Shown here: piece after piece, positions 13,676-25,603 of the stretch
Layout of the letters: the number at the start of each line of letters is the position of its first letter
Numbering within the stretch: position 1 is the first letter of the stretch
Source: Squalus acanthias
Taxonomy: Eukaryota
Assembly (NCBI GenBank): GCA_030390025.1
Contig: CM059433.1
Location: 3,782,001 to 3,846,000, forward strand
Length of the DNA: 64,000 nucleotides
Direction of reading: 5' to 3'
Translations under genes and position numbers: made by a program
Notes under the pieces: generated by a model
Databases searched by the model: none
Told to the model about the DNA's origin: nothing
The model's input: only the letters and a program-made list of their open reading frames with translations

Positions 13676-15619
13676 AAGCTGCAACACAGGACTACATGAA
13701 TGATAAAAAGTGGAAACAGCATGCTATAGACAGGGCTAAGCGATCCCACAATCAACGGATCAGATCAAAGCTCTGCAGTCCTGCCACATCCAGTCGTGAA
13801 TGGTGGTGGACCATTAAACAACTAACAGGAGGAGGAGGCTCCATGAATATCCCCATCCTCAATGATGGTGGAGCCCAGCACATGAGTGCAAAAGACAAGG
13901 CTGAAGCGTTTACAACCATCTTCAGCCAGAAGTGCCAAGTGGATGATCCATATCGGCCTACTCCTGAGGTCCCCACCATCACAGAAGTCAGTCTGCAGCC
14001 AATTCGATTCACTCCACGTAATATCAAGAAACGGCTGAGCACACTGGATACAGCAAAGGCTGTGAGCCCCGACAACATCCCGGCTGTCGTACTGAAGACT
14101 TCTGCTCCAGAACTAGCCGCGCATCTAGCCAAGCTGTTCCAGTACAGCTACAACATTGGCATCTATCCGACAATGTGGAAAACTGTCCAGGTATGTCCTG
14201 TCCGCAAAAAGCAGGACAGATCCAATCCAGCCAATTACTGCCCCATCAGTCTACTCTCAATCATCAGCAAAGTGATAGAAAGTGTCATCAACAGTGCTAT
14301 CAAGCGGCACTTACTCACCAATAACCTGCTCACTGATGTCCAGTTTGGGTTCCGCCAGGACCACTCGGCTCCAGATCTCATTACAGCCTTGGTCCAAACA
14401 TGGACAAAAGAGTTGAATTCCAGAGGTGAGGTGAGAGTGACTGCCCTAGACATCAAGGTAGCATTTGACCGAGTGTGGCATCAAGCAGCACTAGTAAAAC
14501 TGAAGTCAATGGGAATCGGGGGAAAACTCTCCACTAGCTGGAGTCATACCTAGCATAAAGGAAGATGGTCGTGGTGGTTGAAGGTCAATCATCACAGCCC
14601 CAGGACATCGCTGCAGGAGTTCCTCAGGACAGTGTCCTAGGCCCAACCATCTTCAGCTGCTTCATCAATGACCTGCCCTCCAACATAAGGTCAGAAATGG
14701 GGATGTTCGCTGATGACTGCACAGTGTTCAGTTCCATTCACAACTCCTCAGATAATGAAGCAGTCCATGCCCGCATGCAACAAGAACTGGACAACGTTTG
14801 GGCTTGGGCTGATAAGTGGCAGGTAACATTTGCGCCACAGAAGTGCCTGGCAATGACTATCTCCAACAAGCAAGAGTCTAACCACCGCCCCTTGACATTC
14901 AACGGCATTACCATCGCCAAATCCCCCACCATCAACATCCTGGGGGTCACCATTGACAAGAAACTTAACTGGACCAGTCACATAAATACTGTGGCAACAA
15001 GAGCAGGTCAGTGGCTAGGTATTCTGCAATGAGTGTCTCACCTCCTGACTCCCCAAAGCCTTTCCACCATCTACAAGTCACAAGTAAGGAGTGTGGAGCA
15101 CAGGTCTGCCTGGATGAGTGCAGCTTCAATAACACTCAAAAAGCTCGACACCATCCAGGACACAGCAGCCCGCTTGTGTGCAACCCATCCACCACCTTAA
15201 ACATTCAGTCCCTCCACCACCGGTGCACCGTGGCTGCAGTGTGTACCATCTACAAGATGCACTGCAGCAACTCGCCAAGGCTTCTTCAGCAGCACCTCCC
15301 AAACCCGTGACCTCTTCCACCTAGAAGGACAAGGGCAGCAGATGCATGGGAACACCACAACCTCCAAGTTCCCCTCCAAGTCACACACCATCCTGACTTA
15401 GAGGGGCAATAAATGCTGGCGTTGCCAGCGACACCCACATCCCATGAACGAATGAAAAAAAATGTGCCTTTATACAGTTATGCAGTGGTAAGTGCATACA
15501 CCTCATACCCAGCTAGCAAATGTAAGTTCCAATACACGACACACTTTCTTAAAGCCAACAGAATGTGAAGATATTCAATTCTCAAGTAGCAGCAACAGTC
15601 ATACTTGAAGATCTAAATA

Positions 15620-15900
15620 ACAGTAACTTGTACTTATATAATGCTTTTAATAGAAAAAAGTCATAAGGCACTTCACAAATATGCATAATGAAGACAGGGC
15701 CAAGTAAGGAAGGAAGAGATTAGGAGGGGGCGGCCTAAAGCTAGGTCAGAGAGAGAGGTTTTGCGGAGGTTTTAAAGGCGGAGAGGTGCAGAGGCAGAGA
15801 GATTTAAGGAGTTCCAGAGAGCTGATTATGTTGGCTAAAACTCTACCACAGTGGCTGGTTGAAGGGTGGATGTGATGCAGAGAAGTCTGGAGTGAGAGGA
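15620..15900 (-). mobile_element. Degenerate L2 3' end
   Basis: aacagtaacttgtacttatataatgcttttaa... and ggagaggtgcagaggcagagagatttaagg resemble the L2 copies at 10.6 and 21.2 kb. Confidence 0.55.
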
Positions 15901-16172
15901 ACAGAGCATTTGGAAAGGGATATACGGCCCCCAGATCCAAGAGAGCAGCCATCTGAGCTTCCATTGGCAGCAGAGTGAATTTTTTAAATTTGAGATAACT
16001 CCATTTGCACATTGGGTCATGTAACAAATCAGTCTGTTTAAGGACAGGATCCCAAGAGGCCGTCAGCATAAAAATGACTGTCTGTGATCAGGGTTTTGCT
16101 TGGATTCCTGGAGTTAAAAGACATGAATTTATCTCACTGCGGATCAGACTGATTCCAAAGTTGACAGCTTTT

Positions 16173-16585
16173 ATAGAATCATAGAAATTTACAGCACAGA
16201 AGGAGGCCATTCGGCCCATCTTGTCTGTGCCGGTCGACAAAGAGCTCTCCAGCCTAATCCCACTTTCCAGCACTTGGTCCGTAGCCCTGTCGGTTACGGC
16301 ACTTCAAGTGCATATCCAAGTACTTTTTAAATGTGATGAGGGTCTCTGTCTCTACCACCCTTTCAGGCAGTGAGTTCCAGACCCCCACCACCCTCTGGGT
16401 GAAGAAATTTCTCCTCAAATCCCCTCTAAATCTCCGACCAATTACTTTAAATCAATGCCCCCTGGTTATTGACCCCTCTGCTAAGGGAAATAGGTCCTTC
16501 CTATCCACTCTATCTAGGCCCCTCATAAATTTATACACCTCAATTAGGTCTCCTCTCAGCCTCCTCTGTTCCAAAGAAAACAACT
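16173..16585 (-). mobile_element. CR1 3' fragment (atagaatc-tail subfamily)
   Basis: (atagaatc) tail, ggaggccattcggcccatc, and TLWVKKFL (reverse of RNFFTQRV). Confidence 0.85.
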
Positions 16586-16719
16586 CCAGGCTTTGTATTG
16601 ATTAAGGGAGAGGCCCCAATAATGTTCATTACATGCTAATTTGGATCATTAGAGAAGAGTTCATGTGTGGCCTGTGCCGAGCTCTGTAAAGGCTCCCAAA
16701 GCCTAAGAAATAAAGCAAC

Positions 16720-18489
16720 GGCCATGATTTTGCAAATGGATGTGGCTTGGGAGCGGGTTAGCTGGTTTCTGGCTTCCAGTCCCAGTCCCACCCGCAACTG
16801 CATCTAGCCCACGGACGTGATTTTACGTCGATTAGCCTTGTTAAGCCCACCCTGTGGGCTTGCCGGCCAATTAAGAGGAAGCCAGTCAGGTGACGTCATT
16901 TGATGATGCGTCATCTGCCGGTTTTCTTAAAGGGACCACGCACGATATTTCTTTGACAGCTCATTTCTCAGTGTTTGAGGTGCTGCAAACACTGACAATG
17001 ATAGTTCACAGGTGAGCTCTTGCACCAAGGCTCTCCAATGACTTCCTCCATAGGCTAGAACAGATGGCAGCTGCAGGTAAGGTCACAGAAGTGATCTGTC
17101 ACTGGTGAGAGAGGTTCTCCCAATGAGGTGGGACTAGACAGCCAATTCAAAACTTGTTACCTACAGGAAAGTGTAAGTGCATTAAAAATGATTTCCCCAA
17201 CATTTTCTTACCTCTGAAACTCACCAGTGCACCATTGGATCCTTCACACCACTTCTGCAGCTGTCATCAATGCAGAAACATTACAGCAGACTCACAACAC
17301 GCTGCACTTACCTGGCGTGGGGCTGGATTTTACCAGCCCTGAGGAGATGGGTCTGGAGGCAGGACTGCTGGGAAAATCCCCAAAAATGGGAGCAGGTCCC
17401 AAACCCGCTCCCAACCCGCCTCCAATCAATCTTCCCTGGAGGTGGGTCCCCGATTTGCATAGGGACCTGACTCCTAGCGGTGGGAAGAGGATTATAGCCA
17501 CTTAACTGCCTGTTAACAGGGTTAGGGTTAGGGTAGTTAACAGGTAGTTAACAGGCAGTTAAGAGGCTTTTTCCAATTTTTCGACTGCTGCTGTGGGCTT
17601 CCCGATGTCGGGGAACCCCACCAGGGTAAGTGAGGTGTGCTGTGGGTCTGTTGTTATGTTGGTGTTTGGATGACAGCTGCAGAAGTGGTGTGAAGGATGC
17701 AATGGGACACTGGTGAGTATCAGAGGTAAGGAAATGTTGGGAAAGTAATTTTTAATGTGTTTCGATGTTTCTGCAGGTGACAAGCTGTGAAGTGTTTGTG
17801 TAGCCTCATCTCATCGGGAGAAGTGACAGATGGCTTCTGCAATCTCAGCTGCAGCTGCCATTTGTTTTATCCTAAGGAGAGAGTAATTGGAGAGCCTCGG
17901 GGCAAGGGCTCACCTTTGAACAGTGATTGTCAGTGTTTGACAGCACCTCAATGCTGTCAAATACTGTCAAATCAGCTGTCAAACAAGTGTGGTGCATATG
18001 CCTTTAAGAAAACTGGCAGATGAAGCCTCATCAACTGATGTCATCTGACACCAGCTTTCACTTAATTGGCCAGCAAGCCCACAGGGCGGGCTTAACAAGG
18101 CCAATCAGGGCAAAATAGCGTCTGTTTGTCAGATGTCGCTGGGGGTGGGACTGGAACCCGAAAACCAGCAGTCCCGCCTTGAACTGGGCCTGGAAGGTAA
18201 GATTCCGCCCATGGTGTCCGGACGTCGGGGAACCTGAGGCAGAAGCGGCAAAATTGAAAACGTGCCTGTTAACAAGTATCGAGTACCTGTTAACAGGCAG
18301 GTAAGTGTCTATAATCCTCTTCCCGCCGCTAGGTGTCAGGTCCATGCGCAAATCGGGGACCCGACACTTGGGAAGGTTGATTGGAGGCGGGTTGACAGCG
18401 GGTTTCCTGCCCGGGCTGTCAATCTTTGCGATTTTGACAGCGGTCCCGCCTCCAATCCCGCACGCTGAGGACCGGCAAAATTCCATCCC
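16720..18489 (+). mobile_element. Harbinger-type non-autonomous element (outer copy)
   Basis: Termini ggccatgattttgc and ggcaaaattccatccc. The body (ttaagaggaagc..gtgacgtcatttgatgatgcgtcat) is shared with the element at 28911. Confidence 0.75.
17320..18210 (-). mobile_element. Same-family element nested in inverted orientation inside the outer copy
   Basis: Termini gggctggattttacc and ggtaagattccgccc; flanks gtg/atg. Both halves are reverse complements of the outer copy's halves. Confidence 0.78.
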
Positions 18490-19860
18490 GTTGCGTGTTT
18501 CCTGAAGTAGGAGTCTATAAATCACGCAGCTGCCAGGTCTCCATCACCATTATTGTCCAGTCTATGTGGCAGTGGCCTGAAGAATGGCTCAAATTCAGCA
18601 AATTCACAATCACCGCTGATTTTAATGGGGATGGTGTCAAAGTTTCCCTCCAGTTTTATCCACTAACTGTTGAGTAGTTCTCTTGTTTGGTCACTTTGAG
18701 CAGACGGTGGCATTCCTCCTGTGACACAACTTTTGTTGTGGTTGTCTCTATTTCATAATGGCCGACTGGCTTGAGTTGCAAAATTGTGGTTTTCGTTGTG
18801 GCTTTTATTTTTGTCTAATACTGGGTTTTTGGTGGTTTTCTAGTTTTTTTTCTGTTCTGCTCTTTTAGGCAACAATAGAATAAAATCACTTCACCCTGGA
18901 ATTAATCAAACTGGAGGATCAACGGGAACCACTTAATTTTAAAAATATTAAATAACATCCATTTTCAAATGGAAGCAACATTCTGATGAGTGAAGTGTGT
19001 ATATATATATATATATATAAAATTATATATCAAATGTTTCCACAATTAAACGGGGCGTTTGTACAATTCGTACGACTCTAAAATTAGAAAATTACAAATA
19101 AACTCGAATGATCAAGAGCAACGACACTATTTCGAAGGTATCCAGGATGTGGTGTTCACACTCCATAAGTTGAGAATTGGTGGGAAGCCAAACCGGCTTC
19201 AGGGAGTCTCAGTCAGCTTCCTTCAGGTCAGGTTCAGGATCCTGCTGCCAGATTCAGGCTTCATGTACTCTGTATGTTCAGCATCGGGGCAAAGCCAAAC
19301 CCCTTCACGCCAACGCTACAATTGGAGTGTGAATGTACTCTTAGACTGCCGCCAGTGACCACCTTGGAATGAATCAACTGTGTCCAATTTAGAAGACAAA
19401 TGGTATTAATTGCTTATACAAAATGATGTTCGGAATAAAATGCTGTCCAAGATACTTGTGGATTAAAATTGCACAGATTGTAATTTCATACAAATGTGAC
19501 AACCCAATCGTTATGAGTATTGCTGATAGTAATTTCTCTTCCGTGATCCAGACACTTAAAACAAACACAATTGGGGAACTTTATGAATCTGCATTCCTAG
19601 CAGGGACCCATCCCCAACGGTAGCATACATCAGTCAATAAATCGTGACAGTGTGTGCCCAAATTTCTAATAAATACTCCGGTCAGACAAGGCTCGACCTC
19701 CGAGCGTACAGATTCATAAAATTACCCCCAGTGTACCGAAAAACAAAATGTAATTTCAGAATATCGGATGAAGTATGTTATTAGCTTTCTAAAGGGCATA
19801 ATGACCATTCCAAGCTCCCAGTGGAGAGCAGCACATGAAGGAAGAAAGGTTCAGAAATGT

Positions 19861-20043
19861 TTTTTTTAATTTGTTTATGGGATGTGGGCGTCGCTGGCAA
19901 CGCCAGCATTTATTGCCCATCCCTAGTTGCCCTTGAGAAGGTGGAGGTGAGCCGCTTTCTTGAACCGCTGCAGTCCGTGTGGTGAAGGTGCTCCCACAGT
20001 GCTGTTAGGGAGGGAGTTCCAGGATTTTGACCCAGCGACGATG
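19861..20043 (-). mobile_element. 3' fragment of the 12-15 kb LINE family
   Basis: tttatgggatgtgggcgtcgctggcaacgccagcatttattgcccatccctagttgccc matches 12670-12840. Confidence 0.85.
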
Positions 20044-21212
20044 ACTCAGTTACAACACTGTAGCACTGACAATCTGTCCAGCGCTGCCTTTGAGTGTAGC
20101 TCTACTCTGGGAAGTGCAGGAACTGTGCATTTACTCTTCGAATTTGTCTACACTTTTCTTTTTTATTCCAACTCCCATTTTAGTTTATCTTTCTTCTATT
20201 TAGTCTGCCCAATTCCAGGCCTTTTTTAACCCCATTATTGGGCTTTCTGCTAAGATGTCGCTCAGTGGACTCTCCCTCCAGGATTCCTTTGCCTGAAGAG
20301 AAGTGTTTCCATCTCAGTGGGAAGGCAAACATCGGGAACTCATGAATTACACTTTAAAAATTGTTTTTCAAATCCACATTACGTTGAGTTTTTAAAATTC
20401 TACCTCTACTCACTACCTTGCTCCAGTGTTCCCTCCTTTAGCCAACAGACCAGGGTGGAAGGGCCATGGTGTGCGATGTTGTTTTGCCCTCTTCTTCAAA
20501 CAGAGCTCATTGCTATTTAAAAGTGATCGATCTGGGGGCCTGACAGAGGATTAGAAAAAGTTGCACATTGAGGGTACTTATGTTGAAAAGGCAGACAAGA
20601 CTGAGATGACAACTCGGGACTTCCCTGTTGTGAGTTTAGCTTTAAATCACTGGTACTGAAACGCCAGCTATGATCTTTTGTTTACAGTACAGAGGGTGTA
20701 GTCAAGCATGGGCATTTTTTATTCAGTACAGTTATTTGTCTTCCTATTCGTGTTATTGTACAGATGGGATACTCACTAACTTTTCATTAAGGCCACAATC
20801 TTGAGAATGCTTGGGGGTCACACTCACGAGTTTACCACAGAACAACTCCGTGTATTTATCTTTTCTTTAAAACTGTACAGTTTTTAAATAAGATTTTTTT
20901 TCCGGCCGCTCTTTTACCCAGAGCCAGCAATATTCCAACGCTGCGAATTGAGCCCAAAACAGAATGGGGGCCAACGGGACTGCTGAGGGCTGCAACGGAG
21001 GAGAAAATAGGCCACGAATGGGCCATGAATTCCTTTTATTGAGTAGTTATATGCAAAGTTTAAAAACATTACAAGCAGGCCTTTTACAAGACATATGGGA
21101 TCTGGGGCAATGTTCCCAGAGCATTTTCTGATTGATTGACTGTACAGCTGAGGTGCTAAGTTTAATGACTTTTGCCAGAGATTATAGTTAAGGTTACGGC
21201 CTTCAGTGGTGT

Positions 21213-21821
21213 AACAACAACAACTTGTATTTATATAGCGCTTTTAACGTAGTAAAACGTCCCAAGGCGCTGCACAGGAGTATTTTAAGACAAAAAATTT
21301 GATACCGATCCACATAAGGATAAATTAGGGCAGGTGACCAAAAGCTTGGTCAAAGAGGTCGGTTTTAAGGAGCGTCTTAAAGGAGGAAAGAGAGGTAGCG
21401 AGGCGGAGAGGTTTAGGCGGGGAATTCCAGAGCTTAGGGCCCAGGCAACAGAAGGCACGGCCACCAATGGTTGAGCGATTATAATCAGGGATGCTCAAGA
21501 GGGCAGAATTAGAGGCGCGCAGATATCTCGGGGGGTTGTGGGGCTGAAGGAGATTACAGAGATAGGGAGGGGCGAGGCCATGGAGGGATTTGAAAACAAG
21601 GATGGGAATTTTGAAATTGAAGCACTGCTTAACCGGGAGCCAATGTAGGTCAGCGAGCACAGGGGTGATGGGTGAACGGGACTTGGTGCGAGTTAGGACA
21701 TGGGCAGCCGAGTTTTGGATGACCTCTCGTTTACATAGGGTAGAATGTGGGAGGCCAGCCAGGAGTGCGTTGGAATAGTCAAGTCTCGAGGTACCAAAGG
21801 CATGGATGAGGGTTTCAGCAG
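21213..21821 (-). mobile_element. L2-clade LINE 3' fragment
   Basis: AETLIHAFGTSRLDYSNALLAGLP...FDQAFGHLP; (ttg)n tail; near-identical to the 10.6 and 31.7 kb copies. Confidence 0.9.
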
Positions 21822-22057
21822 TGATAAACAGAAGCCATAAATTCCTGTGTAGGTCAGTACTAGTTTTCTCGTACACCGTTTAAAAATGCATATGCATTCG
21901 TAGCCTCAGCATGTCATTTTCAGCGATTTTGGAGGAAGATTGGGTTATCTGTTGCCGCCGCTCCCCCAATAAAAACAGGCCTTCAATTGAATTATAATAT
22001 TTTCAGTCTGAATTGTAAACAAATGGAGCAGTTGTGCACATGATGAAAACAATCCCC

Positions 22058-22967
22058 TGTGTGCTGTGAGGAGGATGCAGAGAAACTCCAGTATGATTTG
22101 GACAGGTTGGGTGATTGGGCAGATGCATGGCAGATGCAGTATAATGTGGATAAATGCGAGGTTATCCACTTTGGTGGCAAAAACAGGAAGACAGATTATT
22201 ATCTGAATGGCAATAGATTGGGAAAAGGGGAAGTGCAACAAGACCTGGGTGTCCTTGTGCACCAGTCGCTGAAGGTAAGCATGCAGGTGCAGCAGGCGGT
22301 TAAGAAGGCAAATGGTATGTTGGCCTTCATAGCGAGAGGATTCGAGTACAGGAGCAAGGATGTCTTGTTGCAGTTGTACAAGGCCTTGGTGAGACCACAC
22401 CTTGAGTATTGTGTGCAGTTTTGGTCGCCTTATCTGAGGAAGGATGTTCTTGCCATGGAGGGAGTGCAGCGAAGATTCACCAGACTGATACCTGGGATGG
22501 CAGGAATGACGTATGAAGAGAGATTGGGTCGATTAGGCTTATATTCGCTAGAGTTTCGAAGAATGAGAGGGGATCTCATTGAAACTTATAAAATTCTAAC
22601 AGGACTAGACAGACTAGATGCAGGAAGGATGTTTCCGATGGCGGGGGAGTCCAGAACCAGGGGTCACAGTCTAAGGATAAGGGGTAAGCCATTTAGGACT
22701 GAGATGAGGAGGAATTTCTTCACCCAGAGAGTGGTGAACCTGTGGAATTCTCTACCACAGAAGGCAGTTGAGGCCAATTCATTAAATATATTCAAGAAGG
22801 AGTTAGATATATTTCTTAAGGCTAAAGGGATCAAGGGATATGGGGAGAAAGCAGGGACAGGGTACTGAATTTGGATGATCAGCCATGATCTCATTAAATG
22901 GCGGAACAGGCTCGAGGGGCCGAATGGCCTACTCCTGCTCCTATCTTCTATGCTTCTATGCTTCTAT
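22058..22967 (+). mobile_element. Young 5'-truncated CR1 LINE with an open ORF2 C-terminus (269 aa) and 3' UTR
   Basis: [56 protein letters not shown]; tail ctactcctgctcctatcttctatgcttctatg. Confidence 0.93.
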
Positions 22968-23380
22968 AATGTTTTTGATGCCTTCATGTGTATTTTAATA
23001 AATCCTGACTTACATCTTTGTTTCTTTTAAATAAAATGGGGCCAAAAATTCACTGGGGCACATCCTGCATTAAATGCCAGATGCGTCTATCGGGAACTTC
23101 CCATTGCTGACCCTGGCGAACCTTCCAGAGTCACAGGGGCGTTCCCTTCATTACCCGACCAATGGCGCGTGCCCACACTGCTTGGGCCATACCTGGGGCA
23201 CCCGCCTGCCAAAAAAAGCTGCAAACTGTAGTGCTGGTTGCTTGGTCTGGGGGGCGGGGTGGGGCTAAACTAGCCTTCCCCCAAATTTCCAGCCATGTTC
23301 CGGCGGCGGAGTGGGAGTACCTCTGAGGAAAATCCCGGTCCCGTTGTTTGAAATAATTTGCCTCATTACCCAATCTTTAC

Positions 23381-24195
23381 TGGTACGGTCGGTGCCGACA
23401 CACACTGCTTCTCCTGGTATGGTCAGTGCCGACACACACTGCTTCTCCTGGTATGGTCGGTGCCGACACACACTGCTTCTATTGGTATGGTCGGTGCCGA
23501 CACACACTGCTTCTATTGGAATGGTCGGTGCCGACACACACTGCTTCTCCTGGTATGGTCGGTGCCGACACACACTGCTTCTCCTGGTATGGTCGGTGCC
23601 GACACACACAGCTACTATTGGAATGGTCGGTGCCGACACACACTGCTTCTATTGGAATGGTCGGTGCCGACACACACTGCTTCTATTGGAATGGTCGGTG
23701 CCGACACACACTGCTTCTCCTGGTATGGTCGGTGCCGACACACACTGCTTCTATTGGTATGGTCGGTGCCGACACACACTGCTTCTCCTGGTATGGTCGG
23801 TGCCGACACACACTGCTTCTATTGGTATGGTCGGTGCCGACACACACTGCTTCTCCTGGTATGGTCGGTGCCGACACACACTGCTTCTATTGGTATGGTC
23901 GGTGCCGACACACACTGCTTCTCCTGGTATGGTCGGTGCCGACACACACTGCTTCTCCTGGTATGGTCGGTGTCGACACACACTGCTTCTCCTGGTATGG
24001 TCAATGCCGACACACACTGCTTCTCCTGGTATGGTCGGTGTCGACACACACTGCTTCTCCTGGTATGGTCGGTGCCGACACACACTGCTTCTATTGGAAT
24101 GGTTGGTGCCGACACACACTACTTCTATTGGAATGGTCGGTGCCGACACACACTGCTTCTATTGGACTGGTCGGTGCCGACACACACTGCTTCTA
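23381..24195. repeat. 34-bp minisatellite, ~24 copies
   Basis: Unit ggtcggtgccgacacacactgcttct(cc/at)tgg(t/a)at in direct tandem with no spacers. Confidence 0.96.
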
Positions 24196-25483
24196 GTTGT
24201 ATGCTAGGTGTCTACTCACACAGATCTTCCATTGTTTTTATCCTCCAAATGGCAATATTCCTTTCGTGAAATTGAAAGTTACGGGAAAACGTATTTTAAT
24301 AGATCTGCAGCAGCTTTATCAGTTGAAGTACTTGATCGAGGCGTTTCTGGTGACCTGTAAATTTATGCCTTGTTTTTGAATCTATCATATTTAATAGTAA
24401 ACATGTGTCTGCATGTTTCAGTTTATGTATGTGTGTGTCTCAGTTGCTTCATTGTTGCCTATACTTCAAATAGCATCCTGTACTTCATATAGAGGTTAGG
24501 ATAGTGGTCACCAGAGCATTCCAAAATATAAACCATGAATGGCATTGGACCATATGAGTCATGGTTGGCAACATGACTAGGTGGTTTATTTTTTTGTAAT
24601 CCTTTTGTGCACATAACAGTTCCGGCACATGCTGGCTATAAACCACTTCAGGAACTTCCAGCAGATTGTATAATATGGTTTTAATGAACATTCCAATTTG
24701 TGGTTTATGCTCGGATAAGGGACAGATTTCTGATTAAAGCATAGCTAAGTAATTTAATCAGCTCCCCATCCTCTAATTCAGAATCAAACACTCTTGATCA
24801 TTGACTATAGTAGATTGTGATGTAACTACTGAGCTGTAATTCTGAGCTCATTCTCAGAGTGCAGCCCTTTACTGCACATTAATGCTTCCTCTTTCAGTCA
24901 ATACCATTGCCAGGAATCAACAACAGAACTGCTGGTTCTATATTATTTATTAATGTTGGAATATGCTGAGTGTGTTGACAGTCTCGTAATAATGACATGG
25001 TTCAACAGTTGTTCTGGAGTACCAGTGAGTAAAGCCAAGCTTTTCTGTGTCTGGCTATTGAAGAAATCGTGATTCCGCTACAGCACTCAGCCTCACTCTG
25101 TTGCAGGAAGCAGTCTGCAACTTCATGTCTCCATCTCTTATGTTAGTCATCCTTTCTCGCCTGACTCTTTCAAATAACTGTCCTGAATATTGTAGGAAGG
25201 GGTTGCGGTTGAATTTAAGCGACCAGATTTTGCAGACGACACCAAGATATCTGCGCGTGTTAGGACTGTAGAGAATGCTCAATTACTACAAGCAGATTTC
25301 GATGGGTTGGGGGACTAGGCCTGTGTTTGGCAAACGATGTTTAATCTGGCTCAGGTGGAGCATAAACACTGGCAGAGACCCGTATGGCCGAATGGCCTGT
25401 TTCTGTGCTGTAAATTCCATGAAATTCTGTGTTACCTAGAAAAGTGCAGTGTGAGCATGTGAGTAGGTCTAATGCTAAATATC

Positions 25484-25603
25484 CATAAGAACATAAGAAA
25501 TAAGAGCAGGAGTAGGCCATACAGCCCCTCGTCCTCCAGACTACCTTTGCCAATTTGATTTATCCAGTCCTTATGAAGATTAAATTCCCCCACAATTATT
25601 GCA
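25484..25603 (-). mobile_element. Internally deleted CR1 (endonuclease fragment fused to 3' tail)
   Basis: The minus strand reads AIIVGEFNLHKDWINQIGKGSLEDE, then directly cgaggggctgtatggcctactcctgctcttatttcttatgttcttatg. Confidence 0.7.

Larger units (their letters stand above)
12075..15462 (+). mobile_element. Near full-length CR1-group LINE (second family; APE + RT), internally deleted and carrying two nested insertions
   Basis: APE start LLTNIWGL..QPDIVILTESYL (12193-12420). RT ORFs 13696-14553 (NYCPISLLS, QFGFR, ALDIKVAFDRVWH) and 14565-15032 (GVPQDSVLGP, FADD). 3' tail gggcaataaatgctggc..catcccatgaacgaatgaaaaaaa. Confidence 0.88.

Noticed and set aside
23381..24195. CRISPR-like array (34-bp palindromic repeats)
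   Set aside because: Units are head-to-tail with no unique spacers, there are no cas genes, and the context is vertebrate.
23311..24269. 256-303 aa ORFs over the 34-bp array
   Set aside because: Stop-free tandem repeat open in all frames; no evidence of a real gene.
24293..24354. Possible SAM-domain terminal exon (GHQKRLDQVLQLIKLLQIY*) on the minus strand
   Set aside because: Only five residues resemble the motif, the acceptor is weak, and no upstream exons were found.
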